The notes beneath the pieces were generated by a model. That model was not told where the DNA came from, did not search any database, and worked only from the letters and a program-made list of their open reading frames with translations. This document shows, one piece after another, positions 59,442-64,000 of a DNA stretch of 64,000 nucleotides. Position numbers and translations under genes: made by a program. Numbering within the stretch: the first letter of the stretch is position 1; every line of letters starts with the position of its first letter. The DNA comes from Candidatus Latescibacterota bacterium (GTDB lineage: Bacteria > Latescibacterota > UBA2968 > GCA-2709665): positions 4,448,001-4,512,000 of the forward strand of contig OZ242180.1 of the NCBI GenBank assembly GCA_965205485.1, in the 5' to 3' direction.

Positions 59442-60668
59442 TCATTCGTACGTCTTCATCGCCTGCGCGGGTTTCAGCCGTGCGGCGTAGACGGCAGGAT
59501 AGATCCCGGCGACGAGTGTAAAGAGGAATACACACATCGGAAACAGGACGAACTGCTCCAGCCGAAGCACCGGATAAATCATCTCCTTCAGGGTCACGCC
59601 CGCGAACTCGATGCCCGTGTAGTCGATTCCCTGAACGGAGTACAGGAGAGTCACAACGAATCCGATACAGCATCCGATCAGGATGCTGTACATCGAGAGC
59701 GTGCCCGCTTCGAACAGGATCATCATCGCCATGCGACCCGGTCGCGTGCCCACGGCCCGGAGCACCCCGTACTCGAACATCCGTTCGTGCAGCGACATGA
59801 ACAGGGTGTTGACAATGCCCAGTGAAACCACCGCAAACAGGATGATGCCTACAATCAGCGACGAGAACCCGGACATATCCAGAACCGCGCTGAGCTGGGG
59901 CATCAGTTCCCGCCAGCCTCTGGCTTCGTTTCCGTCCCGCGAGAATCGCGACCGGAAGCCGGCGTCCGCCGATTCGTTTCCCGATAACGACTTGAAGTGG
60001 ATGGCGATCTCGTGCACCTCGCCCGGAAGTCCCAGCAGGCGCTGCACGGCCTCGATATGCGCGAAACCCACCCTGCCGTCCAGTTCGCGGACATCAAAGT
60101 GGAATATCCCCCCCACGCGGAACATCTCCTGGGCCAATTCGCCGGATTGCGCCTCAGCCGCGGTCACCACAACCCGGTCGCCCACGCCAATCTCCAGCGC
60201 TTCCGCCAGTTTCGACCCCAGCAGGATCTTGCGCCGGTCGTTCCGCTCGAGGAACGACCCTTCTAAGATGGCCTCGTCAACCCTGGAGAACGGCCTTTCA
60301 AGGCCAGGGTCGACCCCGTAGAGCAGCACGGTGCCGGACGTGGCGGGCGAAGCCAGCATCCCGGGCGTCTGCACCCGCAGTGAAAAACGTTCCACTTCCG
60401 GATCGGCCCTCAGGCGTTCCAGGACGCCGGGCAGCCCATTCACGACGCGCGCCACGTCGCGGGTGCTTCTGAATCCCTCCGCGTGTACCTGGCCGTGCCC
60501 CATGAAGGTGTCCGTCGCAATTCGTACAATGGAGTCGGACATCCCGATCATCAGGCCGTCGGTGAAGATCAACGCCGCCAACCCGATTCCGATCGCGAGG
60601 CCGGCAAGCATCGTCCGTCGCGCATTTCGAAAGGAATTCATCCAGGCCATTTTAATCAGAAACGGCAT
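59442..60668 (-). CDS. FtsX/LolE-like ABC permease
   Basis: RNARRT, large periplasmic loop, ERMFEYGVLRAVG. Confidence 0.88.
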   Translation of the reverse strand: MPFLIKMAWMNSFRNARRTMLAGLAIGIGLAALIFTDGLMIGMSDSIVRIATDTFMGHGQVHAEGFRSTRDVARVVNGLPGVLERLRADPEVERFSLRVQTPGMLASPATSGTVLLYGVDPGLERPFSRVDEAILEGSFLERNDRRKILLGSKLAEALEIGVGDRVVVTAAEAQSGELAQEMFRVGGIFHFDVRELDGRVGFAHIEAVQRLLGLPGEVHEIAIHFKSLSGNESADAGFRSRFSRDGNEARGWRELMPQLSAVLDMSGFSSLIVGIILFAVVSLGIVNTLFMSLHERMFEYGVLRAVGTRPGRMAMMILFEAGTLSMYSILIGCCIGFVVTLLYSVQGIDYTGIEFAGVTLKEMIYPVLRLEQFVLFPMCVFLFTLVAGIYPAVYAARLKPAQAMKTYE

Positions 60669-60723
60669 GAAGGGTACTTTCACCGGGCCACCCGGATTGC
60701 GTGCGGACGCGTACAGTATCTCC

Positions 60724-61938
60724 TTAATGTGTCCGCATCGCCCGTGCGGGCGCGACTCTGGCCGCGCGCGTCGCAGGGATCAGGCTCACAAGAACGGCGG
60801 TGCCGAAGGTCAGCACCGCCGGTATCCAGACCGAACGGAATGAAACCATACTGATCAGCCGATCGAAGACATAGCCGCCGTATTCCACGGGCGTCGGGTA
60901 GAGGATACCGTGTTCGGCCAGGACGGTGTTGGAGATGACGCCCAGTACACCGCCGACCAGCGCGCCCAAAACCGATAGAAGGGCGGTCTCGACCAGAATC
61001 AGGAGAAACACGGCAGCCGGTCGCGTACCCAGCGCCCGCAGCACGCCGAATTCCCGTGTACGCTCCATAATGGCCATCAATACCGTATTCAACACGCCGA
61101 TGGCCACGATCAAATTGATGATGCCGAGCGATATCCACATTCCCTGGAGGTCGGCCTGCATCGCCCGGTAAAACGCCTTCTCCACCACCTGCCACGGCGA
61201 GACCTCCACCGGACCGCGGGTCAGAAGGCCCTCCAGTTGACCGGCGACACGCTCCGAAGCCGAGGCGTCCGCAAGCACAACCGCCACTTCGTGGACACGA
61301 CGCCCCAACTCCAGGAAACGCTGCGCCTCCTCGAGGTGCATATACAGGGCGACGCGCTGGTACGGGTCCCCGGCGTCACCCACGATTCCCGCAACGCGGT
61401 AGACGTCGTTGGCAATGGATCCGTCCGCAGCCTGCCCGATCAAGATCACCTCACCGCCGGTGGTTGCGCCCAACGCCTCCGCCAATCCATGGCCAAGCAT
61501 CACCTCCAACCCGGGGCGCCCTTTCAGAAACCGACCCGCCGACACCTGCAATCTGAGACGGGTTGTACGTGCTTCGCGGCCGGGCAACACGCCGACAATC
61601 CGCGCCCCCGTGGTCTTGTTTCCCGCCGCGGCCAGTACCGGCGAATACACCCGGGGCGTCCATGCCGCGACAACGTCCAGAGACTCGATGGTCTCCCCCA
61701 CCCGATCCGGATCGTCGATGGTATTGTACAGGGTGGGTCTGTCAAGATAGCCCTCGCCATGAATCTGAATGTGGCCTGTCCGGTCTCTGGTAAACGCCTC
61801 GATCAGCCCAAGATACGTGCCATCCGAAATCCCGATGGACAGCGAGCACAGCGCGAACCCCCCCGCCATTGCCGCCAGGGTCAACACCGACCGCCGCCGC
61901 TGGCGAAAGCAATTCCGAAACGCGATTCTGAGCACCAT
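60724..61938 (-). CDS. FtsX/LolE-like ABC permease
   Basis: AFRNCFRQRRRS, ERTREFGVLRALG. Confidence 0.88.
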   Translation of the reverse strand: MVLRIAFRNCFRQRRRSVLTLAAMAGGFALCSLSIGISDGTYLGLIEAFTRDRTGHIQIHGEGYLDRPTLYNTIDDPDRVGETIESLDVVAAWTPRVYSPVLAAAGNKTTGARIVGVLPGREARTTRLRLQVSAGRFLKGRPGLEVMLGHGLAEALGATTGGEVILIGQAADGSIANDVYRVAGIVGDAGDPYQRVALYMHLEEAQRFLELGRRVHEVAVVLADASASERVAGQLEGLLTRGPVEVSPWQVVEKAFYRAMQADLQGMWISLGIINLIVAIGVLNTVLMAIMERTREFGVLRALGTRPAAVFLLILVETALLSVLGALVGGVLGVISNTVLAEHGILYPTPVEYGGYVFDRLISMVSFRSVWIPAVLTFGTAVLVSLIPATRAARVAPARAMRTH

Positions 61939-62023
61939 CGACGGCCTTCCCGGGAGTCGCGTGTGTCTTTCCGGGGTTCCCGGATTCACTGTTTCAGCGT
62001 TACGACGGTCCGCTGTATGCGGA

Positions 62024-62806
62024 TCATCTGCGGCGCCGCAGATTCCGACGGGTAAACGTGTCCTTTGCCGGGGGTCTGTCGAAATGCGCATCCAGGTATC
62101 GTATCACCGTACGGTGCCCGTCTTTCTTCAAGGGCTTCATTTCCAGTACCGCGGGCAAGGTCCTTCCACCGAAATCCGTGGGACCCGAAAACGTCATTTC
62201 CCGCATCGGATCGCCACTCTCGTCGAAGTACACGTACGACACCGGTATCAGATCGGACTTTCGGATCGTGAGTACGATCCTGCCCCATACCGTGGGCGTC
62301 TCCTCCCTCGGAGTCAGCACGATTTCGTATACGGAGTCGTTCCCCGGCGTCCCGAATGCGGGGTGGTAGTCCACCGCCAGCGAACTCTCCTTCACCAGGT
62401 CGTCATTGGTAAAATCCGAGCCCATCCAGGACCCCATCATCATCGAAGGCGGAACCTTGATGACTTTGTTGATCCTGGGAAAATAATTCCACATCTCCGT
62501 GCCCACACGCAACGTCGAGGTACCGGCTTCCTTCTTCGGCGCCAGTATGGTGACAAAGGTCTTGCGCATTCCTTCGGTCCACATCTTCATCCGAAGCGTC
62601 CGCCGCCAGTGGGGCGTCCGGATTTCCATCTCCAGTTCCGCGTAACTGGTTTCGCTTCGGTACAGGCGGTCCATGCGGTCCACGAGAACCTGTATATCGC
62701 GGATCTCTTCTGCAGGAGCGCCGCCCGCGAATGAGTCAGGCGGCCCGGTCAGTGCCAGAGTACGCGTTCTGAGCATCAGGTACACCCTCTGCTGTCGGAT
62801 CGTCAC
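62024..62806 (-). CDS. outer-membrane lipoprotein-sorting (LolA-like) protein
   Basis: MWNYFP, SWMGSDFTNDDL, FTRRNL. Confidence 0.85.
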   Translation of the reverse strand: MTIRQQRVYLMLRTRTLALTGPPDSFAGGAPAEEIRDIQVLVDRMDRLYRSETSYAELEMEIRTPHWRRTLRMKMWTEGMRKTFVTILAPKKEAGTSTLRVGTEMWNYFPRINKVIKVPPSMMMGSWMGSDFTNDDLVKESSLAVDYHPAFGTPGNDSVYEIVLTPREETPTVWGRIVLTIRKSDLIPVSYVYFDESGDPMREMTFSGPTDFGGRTLPAVLEMKPLKKDGHRTVIRYLDAHFDRPPAKDTFTRRNLRRRR

Positions 62807-63558
62807 CGCTTCCAGAATGGACTCGCCGCGTCCGAAAATACGACTCGCCCGAAGTCATCGGGAGCGTGAAACTGCGGCTCCGGCGTCCGACTGGGGCGCC
62901 ACTGGCTGAACTGGGCGTTGGTCTTGCCGCCGAGCCGGTTCAGGTTCAGGTTCCACACGTCGCCCGGCGCCGGCGGCGTATGCTTCGCAACGCCGGCGAA
63001 ATTCTCGAAGGGTATGGCAGCCTCGAGGACCCAGTACGAGTCGGTATCCGCGTCGTCGTTCAACGTACCCGCGATAAACGTCGAAACCTGAAGACCCTTT
63101 GCCCGCCACCCGGTGTCCACGACTTCGCCCGCCCCCTTCGGATTGAACCGGTCCAGAAAAATGCTCAATACATTCATCTCGATATTGAAATAAACGTGCG
63201 GGCGGTCGGGGTCCGGCGCGGTAAACACCTCCACACAGTCGTCATCGTACACGTCGCTGTTGCGCAGGGTGTGGTCTGCCCAGATATGGGCGTCTTCACA
63301 AATGTACGACACGTACAGATGGGTATCGTCCCATAGCATCTTGGCTACGGTCTGCTCCTGTTTGCCGTCGATGTACCACGGGAAAACGAACGCCCCAACG
63401 TCGGGCGCCGCCACCCACGCGGGTTCGTCCAGGCGTCCATCGACCGTGATCGGCGTTCCGGCGCGATAGATCGTGTAACCCGGCCGACCTTCGGCCTGCG
63501 CCGAATCCACCGCCATCAATACCGCGGCGATAACAAGACACGCCAGCAGAAACTCCAT
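62803..63558 (-). CDS. secreted CBM9-like sugar-binding domain protein
   Basis: Signal peptide, ITVDGRLDEPAW, LWDDTHLYV, DDCVEVF, EAAIPF. Confidence 0.82.
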   Translation of the reverse strand: MEFLLACLVIAAVLMAVDSAQAEGRPGYTIYRAGTPITVDGRLDEPAWVAAPDVGAFVFPWYIDGKQEQTVAKMLWDDTHLYVSYICEDAHIWADHTLRNSDVYDDDCVEVFTAPDPDRPHVYFNIEMNVLSIFLDRFNPKGAGEVVDTGWRAKGLQVSTFIAGTLNDDADTDSYWVLEAAIPFENFAGVAKHTPPAPGDVWNLNLNRLGGKTNAQFSQWRPSRTPEPQFHAPDDFGRVVFSDAASPFWKR

Positions 63559-63588
63559 CTTCCGGCCTCCTTTTCCTGGCAATCGAGG

Positions 63589-64000
63589 TCAATCTGTCGG
63601 CTCGCACAACGTGCGTAGAAACGCGGCATCCGCCATCAGCGCGGCCCCCGGATCGTCCTCCCTGACGAACTCGACTTCCAGATAACCGTCGAAACCCGCC
63701 GCGGAAAGCTCCCGGACGACCGCGCGGTAGTCCACGTACCCGGCCGATATCAGGCTGCGCTCGTTCCGCCCCCGAGCGGCATAGTTCTGGGCGTGCACGG
63801 TTGCCACGTGCGGCGCCACCTGCCGCGCCACCGCAACGACCCGTGAGGCGCCGTCCGTGTACATCGGCTGGAAGTTCAAATGAAAATTGGGCCGGTCCAC
63901 GCCCTCCACCAATCTCAGACTGCCCCCGGCCGTATCGCACAGGTATCCCAGGTGCATCTCCAGCACAAGGCTCACGCCCCGGTCAGCGGCGCGGTCGGCG
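63589..64000 (-). CDS. sugar phosphate isomerase/epimerase (partial, start outside window)
   Basis: LVLEMH, VHAQN, GFDGYLEVEF. Confidence 0.8.
   Translation of the reverse strand, partial: ADRAADRGVSLVLEMHLGYLCDTAGGSLRLVEGVDRPNFHLNFQPMYTDGASRVVAVARQVAPHVATVHAQNYAARGRNERSLISAGYVDYRAVVRELSAAGFDGYLEVEFVREDDPGAALMADAAFLRTLCEPTD

Overview
GC-rich bacterial chromosomal window with no rRNA, tRNA, CRISPR array or intact transposase detected. The housekeeping core is rplM-rpsI-rpsB-tsf-frr (Bacteroidota/FCB-like gene order, short EF-Ts, no pyrH) plus dapL. It is surrounded by many catabolic genes (6 Gfo/Idh/MocA oxidoreductases, 2 PhyH dioxygenases, 3 VOC proteins, a sulfatase, deacetylases, a mannonate-dehydratase-like enolase), a peptide ABC transporter, a LolA/LolCDE-like exporter operon, an Omp85-containing outer-membrane operon and a MazF-type toxin-antitoxin pair. 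This content is reminiscent of Latescibacterota/Poribacteria-like heterotrophs (inference). The best candidate for something undescribed is an unannotated ~255-nt transcription unit upstream of rplM (38171-38462, minus strand). It has a near-consensus sigma70 promoter, a very strong Shine-Dalgarno (AAAGGAGGTG), an 11-aa ORF (MSETTSGGGCS), a chain of hairpins and a terminator. Other notable points: several MITE/REP families, three copies of which sit in 5' UTRs (one separates the S2 autoregulatory leader from the rpsB RBS, one has clear TIRs and a GTAA target duplication); an OSGIN-like flavoprotein behind face-to-face promoters; a duplicated gene tail flanking a type III restriction remnant; and two single-base frameshifts. 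All product calls are from motif recognition only; no database searches were run.
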